From: an uncultured delta proteobacterium
GTDB lineage: Bacteria; Desulfobacterota; Syntrophorhabdia; Syntrophorhabdales; WCHB1-27
Assembly: GCA_963810935.1 (NCBI GenBank)
Contig: CAWEPK010000017.1
Location: forward strand, 160,001-224,000
DNA: 64,000 nt
Direction: 5' to 3'
A model generated the notes under the pieces. That model did not search any database and had not been told where the DNA came from. It saw nothing but the letters and a program-made list of their open reading frames with translations. Positions 45,795 to 54,923 of this stretch are shown here, one piece after another (position 1 is the stretch's first letter; each line of letters opens with the position of its first letter). The translations under genes were made by a program, and so were the position numbers.

Positions 45795-46586
45795 ATGGCC
45801 GCCTCTCTGCCCGTCTACGAGATATATGCGCTCAAGTACGCCGGCCCCTTCACCGGCAAGCTCGCAATGCTGCTCTGGATGGAAGGGTGGGATGAGGAGA
45901 TCGAGCGCAATTATTACATCTGGGCGATCAAGGGACAGAAGGAAGTGATTGTCGTAGATGCGGGGATGCGCGTCGCCCTCGCGGAAGAAAGGAAGCTCGC
46001 CAACTTTGAAGACCCGGTAGTCCTATTGGAGCGTGTCGGCGGCTTCGCGGCCAATATCAGGAAAGTGGTCCTGACGCACCTCCACGTGGACCACGCGGGA
46101 TGCGTAGAGCGCTTTTCGCAAACTTTCCCCGATGCCCGATTCTTCGTCCAGCAAAGAGAGATGGACTTCTGGTTCCATAACCCCATCGCGAAACGGCCCG
46201 CCTTCGCAAGATGGAGCGACGGGCAGGCAAACCGCGACCTTGCGCGGCTGCGTGAATTGGGGCGCGTAACTGCCGTGGCGGGCGACGCCGCGATCGCACC
46301 GGGCATAGAGCTGCTTCTCGCCCCCGGCCACACGCCGGGGCTCCAGGCGGTCGCAGTCAACACAGCGGGCGGTACGGCCATCCTCGGCTCCGATTGCGCA
46401 CACCTTTTTAGAAGCTACAGGGAGGATACGCCCAGCGCCTTCATCACCGATATGGCGGCATGGCTCGAAAGCTACGACAAGCTGCGCGCTCGCGCCTCGT
46501 CCATCGACCTTATCTTTCCCGGCCATGACGCCTTAATGCTGAGTGCGTACCCCAAGGTCGCAGACAACGTCACCAGGCTGGCATAG
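45795..46586 (+). CDS. Metallo-beta-lactamase-fold hydrolase (AHL-lactonase-like family)
   Basis: THLHVDHAG, APGHTPG, GSD, FPGHD. Confidence 0.85.
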   Translation: MAASLPVYEIYALKYAGPFTGKLAMLLWMEGWDEEIERNYYIWAIKGQKEVIVVDAGMRVALAEERKLANFEDPVVLLERVGGFAANIRKVVLTHLHVDHAGCVERFSQTFPDARFFVQQREMDFWFHNPIAKRPAFARWSDGQANRDLARLRELGRVTAVAGDAAIAPGIELLLAPGHTPGLQAVAVNTAGGTAILGSDCAHLFRSYREDTPSAFITDMAAWLESYDKLRARASSIDLIFPGHDALMLSAYPKVADNVTRLA

Positions 46587-46615
46587 CGGGCACAGGCAAA
46601 AACAGCGCCGACAAG

Positions 46616-47416
46616 TTACGACCTGATAACGATAAAGGCCATTATGAGGACGGCAAGGCCCACGCGGTAGTAAGCGAACACGTCGAGGGTGTGTTTCTTC
46701 AGGTAGTGGATCAGGAAGGTCAGGCTCGCCAGGCCCGCAATGAAGGCTGAAAACGTCCCCGCCGCAAAGACCGTGCTCTCGTCCCCCTCGAAGAGGGGCA
46801 TGTGGTGCATCTCCAGCAGCGCAACGCCGATGACGACGGGTATGGACAAAAGAAAAGCAAAATCCACCGCCTCCCTCCTCCGCAGGCCCAGCATTATGCC
46901 CATCGTTATCGTGATGCCGCTGCGCGATACTCCGGGGACAAGGGCGACGGCCTGGGCCAGGCCGATAGCGAGAGCGAAGGTGTAGGTTATTTTGTGCTCG
47001 CCCAGGTGAAGCCTCTCCGCGAGGATCATAAAGATGGAGACGACCACCAGGCTGAAGACGGAGACAAGCGGCGTCCTCACATAATACTCGATGAGGTCTT
47101 TGAAAAGGAGCCCGAAGACGACCGCAGGCACGGTCCCGAGCGCAATCTTCATCACCATTGAATCGCGCAGCGAGCGCGACTCCGTTACCTTGCGCAAGTC
47201 CTCCCGGCACATCTGGACGATCTTCCCCGTGTATATAGAGAGAAGGGCGAAGGCCGTGCCGAAGTGGACCATCACGTCATAATCGAGCTTGTCCACGTTG
47301 CCCGAGCTGACTTTGAAGAGCCACGGCACGGCTATCAGGTGGGCGCTCGAGCTTACAGGCAGGAACTCCGTAACACCCTGCATCGCTCCCACAAGGACGC
47401 TCTCTACTACGGTCAT
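46616..47416 (-). CDS. uppP: Undecaprenyl-diphosphatase (BacA)
   Basis: QGVTEFLPVSSSAH, VHFGT, PGVSRSGIT, FLLSIP, FAYYR. Confidence 0.95.
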   Translation of the reverse strand: MTVVESVLVGAMQGVTEFLPVSSSAHLIAVPWLFKVSSGNVDKLDYDVMVHFGTAFALLSIYTGKIVQMCREDLRKVTESRSLRDSMVMKIALGTVPAVVFGLLFKDLIEYYVRTPLVSVFSLVVVSIFMILAERLHLGEHKITYTFALAIGLAQAVALVPGVSRSGITITMGIMLGLRRREAVDFAFLLSIPVVIGVALLEMHHMPLFEGDESTVFAAGTFSAFIAGLASLTFLIHYLKKHTLDVFAYYRVGLAVLIMAFIVIRS

Positions 47417-47598
47417 CTTGTAACATTACCTCCGTGGAGACGCGAGCCGGCAGCCGATCCGCAAGCCGGCACGGTCAGAGTATATCGCCGTTCGAAACGG
47501 CAATCAACCGTTGCGGCGCAGGCCGCCTCGCAGACGTGTAAATCCTGTCGTTCCGTGGTAATATTACTTACGGACATGGACTCAAGGAGAGACAGGCC

Positions 47599-47871
47599 AT
47601 GACATTGAAGGAAAGGATCGAGCAGACCCTGACAGGCCTCAATCCGAGGCTCGAAAGCCTGGCAAACGGGTACGTCGAGCTGATGGACACCGACGAGGCC
47701 AAAAAAACGGTCACCCTGAAATCGTTCGGCGGCAGGCTTCACTGATGCGGGATGAACGCCCTCAGTTTGTGGGCGGAAAAGCTGCTCAAGGAAGAGGTGC
47801 CGGAGATCGCGGAGGTCAATATCGTCGACGTCTGCCAGTGCGGCGTCGATGAGCCCTTGCGCCCGGCTTGA
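47599..47871 (+). CDS. Small Nfu/NifU-C-like protein with in-frame TGA (probable selenocysteine at codon 49); not in the ORF track
   Basis: RBS AAGGAGA; MTLKERIEQTLTGLNPRLESLANGYVELMDTDEAKKTVTLKSFGGRLH-TGA-CGMNALSLWAEKLLKEEVPEIAEVNIVDVCQCGVDEPLRPA*. The Nfu-like pattern continues across the TGA (47743-47745). Confidence 0.7.
47757..47775 (+). promoter_or_regulatory. Candidate bacterial SECIS element
   Basis: CGCCC-T-CA-GTT-TG-T-GGGCG hairpin starting 11 nt after the TGA, with G first in the loop. Confidence 0.55.
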
Positions 47872-47933
47872 TTTCCCACAACTTCATTTAATAAGCAAAC
47901 TTTGCCGGGTGGGATATATGGCTCGCCCATCTG

Positions 47934-48536
47934 CTATGGACGGTTGATTAGCTCCGCAAGCGCCTCGTAAGGCTGAAAGCCGACAAGCTTGCGATTGCCA
48001 AAGATGAAGGTCGGAACTGCTTCTATGCCCAAGGCGCGGGACCGTGTCCAATCGGCATCCACGGCCTGTTTGAATCTCCTGGATAAGATAACTTGTCCGG
48101 CTTCCTCCTCAGGGAGACCGACGGATTCAGCAAGACGTATAAGTTCGCTCACCATGGCAATGTTCTTTCCTTCAACGAAATAGGCCCTGAAAACAGCGTG
48201 GTGGAACTCTTCTCCTTTGCCTTCCGACTCCGCCCACTTCGCAAGCTCCTGGGCGAGGCGGCTGTTGAATGTCATTGTGCGGCCGGATAAAGGCAGGGAG
48301 AGGTATTCCGCCACTTCCCTGAGGCGTTTCTGCATGGCGGAGATGTCCACATCCCTGCCGGCGAAGAGCTCTTCAAGGGCCAGTCCTCTTTCCGGCGTTT
48401 CAGGATGCAGAGGAAAGGCAAGCCATTTTACTTCTACGTCGTATTCCTTGATCAAGCGATCGGTACGGACCGTACTGAAATAGCACCACGGTCAGACGTA
48501 GTCGGAGAATACTTCAAGAATCGGGCGTTTTTCCAT
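47934..48536 (-). CDS. DsbA/FrnE-like thioredoxin-fold selenoprotein (UPWC)
   Basis: ATG 48536: MEKRPILEVFSDYV-TGA-PWCYFSTVRTDRLIKEYDVEV..., in frame with ORF 47934-48455 (FPLHPETP, NSRLAQ, FRAYFVEG, AVPTF). TGA at 48492-48494 takes the first Cys position of CPWC. Confidence 0.88.
48463..48475 (-). promoter_or_regulatory. Candidate bacterial SECIS element
   Basis: Minus strand GTACG-GTC-CGTAC hairpin; the loop starts with G, 21 nt after the TGA. Confidence 0.5.
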
Positions 48537-48546
48537 ATGTCCCTGC

Positions 48547-48975
48547 CTATCCTATCCTGATCTCGCCTTTGTCCGCGTCGACCGTCACGTGGTCTCCATC
48601 CGACAGAAGGGCCAGCGAGTCGCCGTCTATGTTGTCGACCACCGGTATCGTGGTCCGGTAGAACTTCTCAGCCAGTATCGCCCCGGTGGCCAGTATCGGC
48701 TCCGTGAGCCGGTTGACGATTGCGGCAGGGGCTGTACCGCACCGCGCAAGCTCCAGCATGTAGACGGCGCCGCCGGTGGAGCCTCTCCCCTCGGGAAAGA
48801 CCAGGACGGCGCCCGCTATCTTTCTGCCGTACAACTCGTGCCTCTTGTCGCTCACGATGCCCGTCCGGGGGTCGACTGCCCCGTAAAAGCCGAACGCCGA
48901 TTTTGACACAACCGCCGGGCCGCTCGCCTTCCCGCGGGTGATGCCCCTTCCTTTCAAGACCCTTTGCCGTGGCAC
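48547..48975 (-). CDS. Aconitase X small (swiveling, DUF126) subunit
   Basis: LKGRGITRGKASG, FGFYGAVDPRTG, HELYG, VFPEGRGSTGG, APAAIV; RBS GGAGG before GTG 48975. Confidence 0.85.
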   Translation of the reverse strand: MPRQRVLKGRGITRGKASGPAVVSKSAFGFYGAVDPRTGIVSDKRHELYGRKIAGAVLVFPEGRGSTGGAVYMLELARCGTAPAAIVNRLTEPILATGAILAEKFYRTTIPVVDNIDGDSLALLSDGDHVTVDADKGEIRIG

Positions 48976-48998
48976 GGGACCGCCTCCGTTATGCAGCT

Positions 48999-50225
48999 TT
49001 ACTTGGACGCCCGGGCCGCTGCGTCCACGCATTCCTGTATCGACCCGAAGATCACGTCCGATTGCACTTGCGACGGGGCATAGTAGGCGAACTTGCCCGA
49101 GTCCGTCATGATCGTCCTGAACTGCCATAGCTCCGTCGGGGATATCATCATGCACGTGTCGGAGGTGATCGTGGCCCCGGCAGCTTCTATGATCGATTTG
49201 TACCCCATCCGCCCGGCGAGCAGCTCCACGCTCTTATACGTGTATATCCAGAAATGGACGCCGTCTTTGACCCGCTTTCCTTCAAGCAGCTCCGCGACCC
49301 TTTTTACGTCCGTGATGCTGTAGTGGGGACAGCCCACCATGACCGCCTCGACATCGCCGCCGGCCACCGTGCACATCTCCCCCTTCGTCAGGTCCCTCTC
49401 CTCCCCGGAGAAGCTGAACGTTTCTTCCGGCGTATTCCCTCCGAACGCCTGCTCCACCGTCTGCGCTTCCGGCGTGATGCCCGCTATGTGATAAAGGGCG
49501 ACGCCTCCGCTGGCTGCTGCGGCCGCACCCATGGCGATATAATCTTCTACGACGGCCGTCTTCCTGAGCCCCGTTATCACAGGGATCCTCGTCCCCGCCC
49601 GCTTGCCCAGGAAATAGCCGAAGATGCGATAATCTTCGGGGGTCATCTTCTCCATCCGGACCTCAACGAGGATATTCCCCCTCCTGTTCTCAGAGACGTG
49701 GAGGCCGTGATAGGGCGTCCGTCCGCAGATAGCGGCAGCGAGATCGATGAAGGCCGTCTCCCTGTTGGACCTTGCCCCGAGAATCGAATTGGCAAAGACC
49801 ACTGCCGACGATTCGGTCCATGCCAGATGGTCGCCCTTCCGTGGCAGCAGGCCGCACAGGTAAGGCGTGCACGTCCAGCACGGTATCAGGCCGAGGTCGT
49901 TGACCGCCTTCACGATGCGGAACTGTTTCGCGGCGTATGCTTCCGGGACCTTGAACTCCCGCCACCTTTCGAGGTCCATGCCCGCGGGGTCGGTCGTAGT
50001 GGGGACGGACACTTTTGCCCCGAGGCCCGCAAACCGTTCCAGCACCTCGACGCCTGCATCGAGGATACCCTTGTATGTCGAAAGAATGGTGTGGCCGCTC
50101 TGGACAGGCACCATCCGCTCGGCCCGGAAGGCCTCCCCCACCGCCACGAGGATCTCCATCGCGAGCTTGCAACCCTCCCCCTGTTTCCCGTCCAGCATCC
50201 GCTGTTCTTCTTCGCTCAGGTACAT
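48999..50225 (-). CDS. Aconitase X catalytic (DUF521) subunit
   Basis: MYLSEEEQRMLDG, TTTDP, TCTPY, WTESSAVVFANSILGARSNRE, LYHIAGITPE, GCPH, DTC, TDSGK. Confidence 0.88.
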   Translation of the reverse strand: MYLSEEEQRMLDGKQGEGCKLAMEILVAVGEAFRAERMVPVQSGHTILSTYKGILDAGVEVLERFAGLGAKVSVPTTTDPAGMDLERWREFKVPEAYAAKQFRIVKAVNDLGLIPCWTCTPYLCGLLPRKGDHLAWTESSAVVFANSILGARSNRETAFIDLAAAICGRTPYHGLHVSENRRGNILVEVRMEKMTPEDYRIFGYFLGKRAGTRIPVITGLRKTAVVEDYIAMGAAAAASGGVALYHIAGITPEAQTVEQAFGGNTPEETFSFSGEERDLTKGEMCTVAGGDVEAVMVGCPHYSITDVKRVAELLEGKRVKDGVHFWIYTYKSVELLAGRMGYKSIIEAAGATITSDTCMMISPTELWQFRTIMTDSGKFAYYAPSQVQSDVIFGSIQECVDAAARASK

Positions 50226-50253
50226 TGCAGCCTCGCTTGTCCGTTCAAATGGA

Positions 50254-50282
50254 ATGCTATACGTCGCGCACGTGGTTGTCAA
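50254..50282 (-). promoter_or_regulatory. Putative sigma70 promoter of the acnX unit
   Basis: Minus strand TTGACA-N17-TAGCAT. Confidence 0.55.
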
Positions 50283-50467
50283 GGAGTGGGGTCTATACTC
50301 ACACGATAAGGCAGACGGTTTCTCCCCATCGGCCCATCACATTTTGAATTATTCCATCGGGAAGTAAATAATCGTCAAATAATCACCGAAAATTTCAGTT
50401 GACAAAAAAGACGGTACTGAGGTACTGAATACCGTAGGGTACAAAGGTAAACGACCAAGGAGAGGAC

Positions 50468-51163
50468 ATGACCGGGCACCTGAAAAATTTTGTTATAGAA
50501 AACCCTACGCTTATCAGGGGCCAGGTATACGAAAGGGTTAAGCAGCAAATCCTTTCCGGCGGGATACCTCCCGGCTCCCGGCTCCTTGAGGGACGGCTGG
50601 CCGAAGAGCTCAAGGTTTCACGGACGCCTGTCAGGGAAGCTATGCACGTGCTGGAAATGGAAGGTTTTCTGGAATCGTTTCCCAGGATAGGCTACCGCGT
50701 GCGGCGCATCACGTGGGAAGAAGCAGTGGAGATCCACGAGATCAGGGCCGTCCTCGATCCTCTGGCCGCCCGCAAGGCTATGGAAAACAAAAACCACGCC
50801 TATCTTGTCCTTTTAGAGGAGGTCATCAGGCAATCGGAGAAGGCCGCCAGAGAGGACAGGCCGGGCTCCTTCCATCACTATGACGCGGCGTTTGATGAGG
50901 CCATAGTCAAGGCTGCGGGCATAAAGACGCTCCTTGATGTCTGGGCCACGCTTCGGCAGCGGTTGAGTCTTTACAGGATGCAGGCCCAGTATTCCCTCGA
51001 TTCAAAATTCCGGGCCATCAGGGGGCACCGCGCAATACTGGCGTGCCTCAGAGATAAGGACAAGAACGGCGTGGAGACCGCCATAAAGCACCACCTGGCG
51101 GATTCAAGGAAGGACATAAAGCGCATTGCGTTCGACCGGATGAAAAACGGCATCATAGCATAA
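50468..51163 (+). CDS. GntR-family regulator (FCD domain)
   Basis: PGSRLLEGRLAEELKVSRTPVREAM. Upstream: TTGACA at 50399, ACGGTA...TACCGT inverted repeat and GGTACTGA direct repeat (50411-50435). Confidence 0.9.
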   Translation: MTGHLKNFVIENPTLIRGQVYERVKQQILSGGIPPGSRLLEGRLAEELKVSRTPVREAMHVLEMEGFLESFPRIGYRVRRITWEEAVEIHEIRAVLDPLAARKAMENKNHAYLVLLEEVIRQSEKAAREDRPGSFHHYDAAFDEAIVKAAGIKTLLDVWATLRQRLSLYRMQAQYSLDSKFRAIRGHRAILACLRDKDKNGVETAIKHHLADSRKDIKRIAFDRMKNGIIA

Positions 51164-51176
51164 GACAGGAGGCATT

Positions 51177-51659
51177 ATGAGACGGTTCGTTGCCCTGACG
51201 CTCCGCCTTAGCGGGTGGTTGGGCGGAGTGGGCGGAGTCATTCTCGTTTCCCTTATGCTCATCACGGTATTCGACATCTTCATGCGCTGCATCGGGAAGC
51301 CCATGTCGGGCGTGTACGATATTGTGGCCCTCGGCGGAGCCCTCGTCATCGGTCTATCCGTCCCCTACACCACAATGAAGAAGGGGCACATCCTCGTTGA
51401 CGTGCTTGTCCAGAGCCTTTCAAAAAAATGGCAGAGAGTCTTCAACGTATCCACCCGCGCGATCTGCGTGGGCATCTGTTTTATGATCGCCTGGCACTTG
51501 ATAAAACTGGGGTTCGATTATTACGATAAGCATGAAGGCTCGCAGACGCTCCAGTTGTCGTATTACCCCATTGTTTTCGCGCTGGCCCTTGGGTTCTTCA
51601 TTCAGTGCATGGCCAATATAGCGGAAATTTTCCAGGCCTTCCTGGGAGGCGAGAAATGA
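51177..51659 (+). CDS. dctQ: TRAP transporter small permease
   Basis: Four TM segments; GHILVD motif. Confidence 0.85.
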   Translation: MRRFVALTLRLSGWLGGVGGVILVSLMLITVFDIFMRCIGKPMSGVYDIVALGGALVIGLSVPYTTMKKGHILVDVLVQSLSKKWQRVFNVSTRAICVGICFMIAWHLIKLGFDYYDKHEGSQTLQLSYYPIVFALALGFFIQCMANIAEIFQAFLGGEK

Positions 51660-52957
51660 GCGAAATCCTCGTCGGGGTCATCGGTCTTACCGTCCTGCTG
51701 CTATTCTTCCTGACCGGAATCGAGCTTGCTTTCGCCATGATCCTGGTCGGGTTTTTCGGGTTCGGCTACCTCGTTTCCTTTGAAGCCGCTTACAACATGA
51801 CGGCGAAAGACGTCTTCGACACCTTCGAGTCATACGGCCTCACGGTGGTGCCTCTCTTTATCCTGATGGGCCAGGTCGCATTCAACGCGGGGATAGCACG
51901 GAGGCTCTACGATGCAGCGCACAAGTTCGTCGGCCATATCCCCGGCGGCCTCGCCATCGCCACCGTTGCCGGCGCCACCATCTTCAAGGCTATTTCCGGC
52001 TCGACCGTTGCAACGGCAGTCACGTTCGCCAGCGTCGCGGTCCCCGAGATGGACCGGTTCGGCTACAGTAAGAAGCTGTCGACGGGCATCGTCGCGACCG
52101 TCGGGACACTCGGCATCCTTCTCCCGCCGAGCGTCGTGCTGATCATCTTCGGCGTAATCACCCAGCAATCCATCGGAAAGCTGTTCATTGCCGGCATCGT
52201 CCCCGGGCTGCTGATCGCGTTCTTTTTTGTCCTTATTATCGTAGGGTGGTGCAAAATCGACCCGTCGGTCGGGCCGGTGGGAGAAAGGTTCTCCTGGAAG
52301 GCGAGGTTCGCGGCCCTGCCCGAGGTCATCTGGCCCGTCGTCATTTTCCTCGTAATCATCGTCGGGCTTCTGAAGGGTTTCTTCACGCCGACCGAAGCGG
52401 GCAGCGTAGGGACGTTCGCCGTAATCGTGCTCTCCTTCGCGAAGAAAGACATCGACCTGAAGAAAATGGCCAAATCGGTGATGGAGAGCCTTGTAACCGC
52501 CACGATGGTCCTCCTGCTGCTCGCCGGCTCTGCCGTCCTGGGCCACTTTCTCGCAGTGACGAAGATCCCGATGATGGTGTCCGACTGGGTGGTCCAACTG
52601 CCCGTCAACCGGTCGGTGATAATGCTCTTTATCACCTTCGTCTACCTGCTCGGCGGGTCGTTTATCGACGACCTCGCCTTTATGATCCTGGCGACCCCCG
52701 TGTTCTACCCGGCAGTGCTGAAGCTTGGCTACGATCCCTTATGGTTCGGCATGATGATAGCGGTCACGGTCATGATCGGCGTCGTAATCCCGCCCGTCGC
52801 GATCAATGTCTTCGTCGTCAAGAATATTACAAAGGTCCCGATAGGAGTTGTCTATAAGGGTGTTTATCCGTTCCTTATCTCGCTTGTGTTCTGCGGGGCC
52901 CTTTTATTTATCTTCCCGCAGCTCGCCACGTACGTGCCGAGTCTTTTTTACAGGTGA
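51656..52957 (+). CDS. dctM: TRAP transporter large permease
   Basis: PLFILMG, PGGLA, SGSTVAT, GTLGILLPPS, FTPTEAG, IPPVA. Confidence 0.9.
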   Translation: MSEILVGVIGLTVLLLFFLTGIELAFAMILVGFFGFGYLVSFEAAYNMTAKDVFDTFESYGLTVVPLFILMGQVAFNAGIARRLYDAAHKFVGHIPGGLAIATVAGATIFKAISGSTVATAVTFASVAVPEMDRFGYSKKLSTGIVATVGTLGILLPPSVVLIIFGVITQQSIGKLFIAGIVPGLLIAFFFVLIIVGWCKIDPSVGPVGERFSWKARFAALPEVIWPVVIFLVIIVGLLKGFFTPTEAGSVGTFAVIVLSFAKKDIDLKKMAKSVMESLVTATMVLLLLAGSAVLGHFLAVTKIPMMVSDWVVQLPVNRSVIMLFITFVYLLGGSFIDDLAFMILATPVFYPAVLKLGYDPLWFGMMIAVTVMIGVVIPPVAINVFVVKNITKVPIGVVYKGVYPFLISLVFCGALLFIFPQLATYVPSLFYR

Positions 52958-53002
52958 TCGCGTGCAAAGAAAGACATGTCAGACCGAACAAGGAGGATCC
53001 GA

Positions 53003-54031
53003 ATGAAAGGTCAGGCAAGGTTTGCGGCTTTTGTCGTCGCGGTGGCGCTCGTCGTCGTTTTCACATCGCCTGCCCGCGCCACTTCGCAGAAGACGTTCAA
53101 CCTCAATTATGCGGATTACTTCCCTGCTACCCACAAACAGGCCGTCCTCGCGGAGCAGTGGTGCAAGGAGCTGGAGAAAAGGACGGGCGGAAGGATCAAG
53201 GTCACGTCTTTTCATGGCTCCACGCTGACGCCTGCGCATATGATTTATGACAGCGTCACCAAGGGGATAGCCGCTATAGGGATGGGCACCCTGGGCTACA
53301 GCAGGGGCAGGTTCCCGTTAAGCGAGTTCACCGACCATCCCCTCGGTTACCCCAGCTCCCGCGTAGCGACAAAACTCTTTAACGAGTACTACAGGAAATT
53401 CAAGCCGAAGGAGCTGGATGAGGTAAAGGTCCTCTACCTGCAGGGGATCGGTCCCGCCCTGCTTCACATGGCCAAAAAACCCGTCTCGAAGCTGGAAGAC
53501 ATCAAAGGGATGAAGATACGTGCGAGCGGGCTCCAGGTCGCGCCTGCCCGGGCCCTGGGCGCTGCTCCTGTGGGTATGCCTATCAGCGACGTCTACGATT
53601 CCCTGTCCAAGGGAGTGGCGGACGGCGGCTTCTTTCCGTATGAGGCCCTGGACGGATGGAAATTGGGAGAAGTAGTGAAGTACACCACCGAGTCGTACCC
53701 CAGCGCCATGTCGAGCGGGTTGTTCGTCGTCATGAATAAGAAGGTGTGGGAGTCCCTGCCCCCCGACCTTCAGAAGATCGTGGATGGGCTGGACCAGGAA
53801 TGGGTAGACAAAGTGGCATATACCTGGGACGAGGTCGACAAAGAAGGAAAAGAGTTCGCGATGAAGAGAGGGAACAAAACTATTCCCCTGTCAAAAGAAG
53901 AGGGGGAGCGCTGGAAGAAGGCCGTCCAGCCCGTGCTCGACAATTACGTAAAGATGACGAAGGAAAAAGGACTGCCGGGCGACCAAGTGCTCAAATTTGC
54001 TCAGGACTACCTGAAGGAACATCAGAAATAG
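53003..54031 (+). CDS. dctP: TRAP transporter substrate-binding protein
   Basis: Signal peptide; GRFPL, DIKGMKIR (carboxylate-binding Arg), LGAAPV, MNKKVWESLPPDLQ. Confidence 0.9.
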   Translation: MKGQARFAAFVVAVALVVVFTSPARATSQKTFNLNYADYFPATHKQAVLAEQWCKELEKRTGGRIKVTSFHGSTLTPAHMIYDSVTKGIAAIGMGTLGYSRGRFPLSEFTDHPLGYPSSRVATKLFNEYYRKFKPKELDEVKVLYLQGIGPALLHMAKKPVSKLEDIKGMKIRASGLQVAPARALGAAPVGMPISDVYDSLSKGVADGGFFPYEALDGWKLGEVVKYTTESYPSAMSSGLFVVMNKKVWESLPPDLQKIVDGLDQEWVDKVAYTWDEVDKEGKEFAMKRGNKTIPLSKEEGERWKKAVQPVLDNYVKMTKEKGLPGDQVLKFAQDYLKEHQK

Positions 54032-54089
54032 CGGCCTGAGGCGAAGGACCGGGGGCGGGTTTTGCTTTACTGCCCAAGGGGGTGGTGTT

Positions 54090-54872
54090 TTGAAGCTCAA
54101 ACATAAAGTGGCGATTGTCACCGGCGGCGGCAAAGGCATAGGCAAGGCCATCTCACTCGCCTTCGCCAAGGAAGGGGCGGTCGTCGTAATGGCCGCCAGG
54201 GACACGGCAAGCATGGAGGCGACGGCCGCGGAGATAAAAGCCGCCGGAGGCGCAGCCGACTGCGTGCAGACGGACATGCTCCGCCCGGACCAGATCGGGC
54301 GCATGGCGACATATACCATAGATAAGTACGGCAAGATCGATATACTGGTGAACAACGCCGCCGTCGGGGGACCGACCGCCGGCCTGACGGACATCGACCT
54401 CGAAACCTGGAACGAAGTGATCGCGACAAACCTCACGGGCCCGATGCTCTGCCTGAAGGAGGTGCTGAAGCCGATGACGGCCGCCCGGCAAGGCGTAGTC
54501 ATCAATATCAGCTCCGAAGGAGGCAGGTCGGGTTTTCCGATGAGAAGCCCTTACGCAGTCACGAAGCGGGCAATCATAGCCCTTACTGAAACGATAGCGA
54601 TAGAGGCCGGGCCGTATGGCGTCCGGGTCAACTGCATCAGCCCGGGAAGGGTCCGGGGAGAGCGCGTAGAGAACGTGGCCCGGGACAAAGCGAAGGCGCT
54701 GGGCCTTGCGTACGCGGACGTAATGGGGTCGATGACCGCCGACTGCTCGCTTGGAAGGTTCGTGGAGGCGGCAGAGGTGGCCGCCGCAGCGGTTTTCCTG
54801 GCATCGGACGATGCGAGCGGCATAACCGGCGAGACCCTTGTGGTAAGCTGCGGCAAGCACATCATGCATTGA
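54090..54872 (+). CDS. Classical short-chain dehydrogenase/reductase
   Basis: TGGGKGIG, VNNAA, NISS, YAVTK, ITGETL. Confidence 0.9.
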   Translation: MKLKHKVAIVTGGGKGIGKAISLAFAKEGAVVVMAARDTASMEATAAEIKAAGGAADCVQTDMLRPDQIGRMATYTIDKYGKIDILVNNAAVGGPTAGLTDIDLETWNEVIATNLTGPMLCLKEVLKPMTAARQGVVINISSEGGRSGFPMRSPYAVTKRAIIALTETIAIEAGPYGVRVNCISPGRVRGERVENVARDKAKALGLAYADVMGSMTADCSLGRFVEAAEVAAAAVFLASDDASGITGETLVVSCGKHIMH

Positions 54873-54923
54873 GGCATAGCCTTTAGATTTGGGAAAAATC
54901 TCTTATAGATAAAGGAGTCTGCC

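Noticed and set aside
45795..46586. Quorum-quenching or beta-lactam resistance role for the MBL protein
   Set aside because: The fold alone does not set the substrate; the operon context points to catabolism.
47413..47930. Minus-strand ORFs 47413-47742 and 47739-47930
   Set aside because: No recognisable motifs; better explained as shadows of the plus-strand Nfu-like gene.
48547..50225. Archaeal-type mevalonate pathway
   Set aside because: No UbiD/UbiX, mevalonate kinase or HMG-CoA genes in the window.
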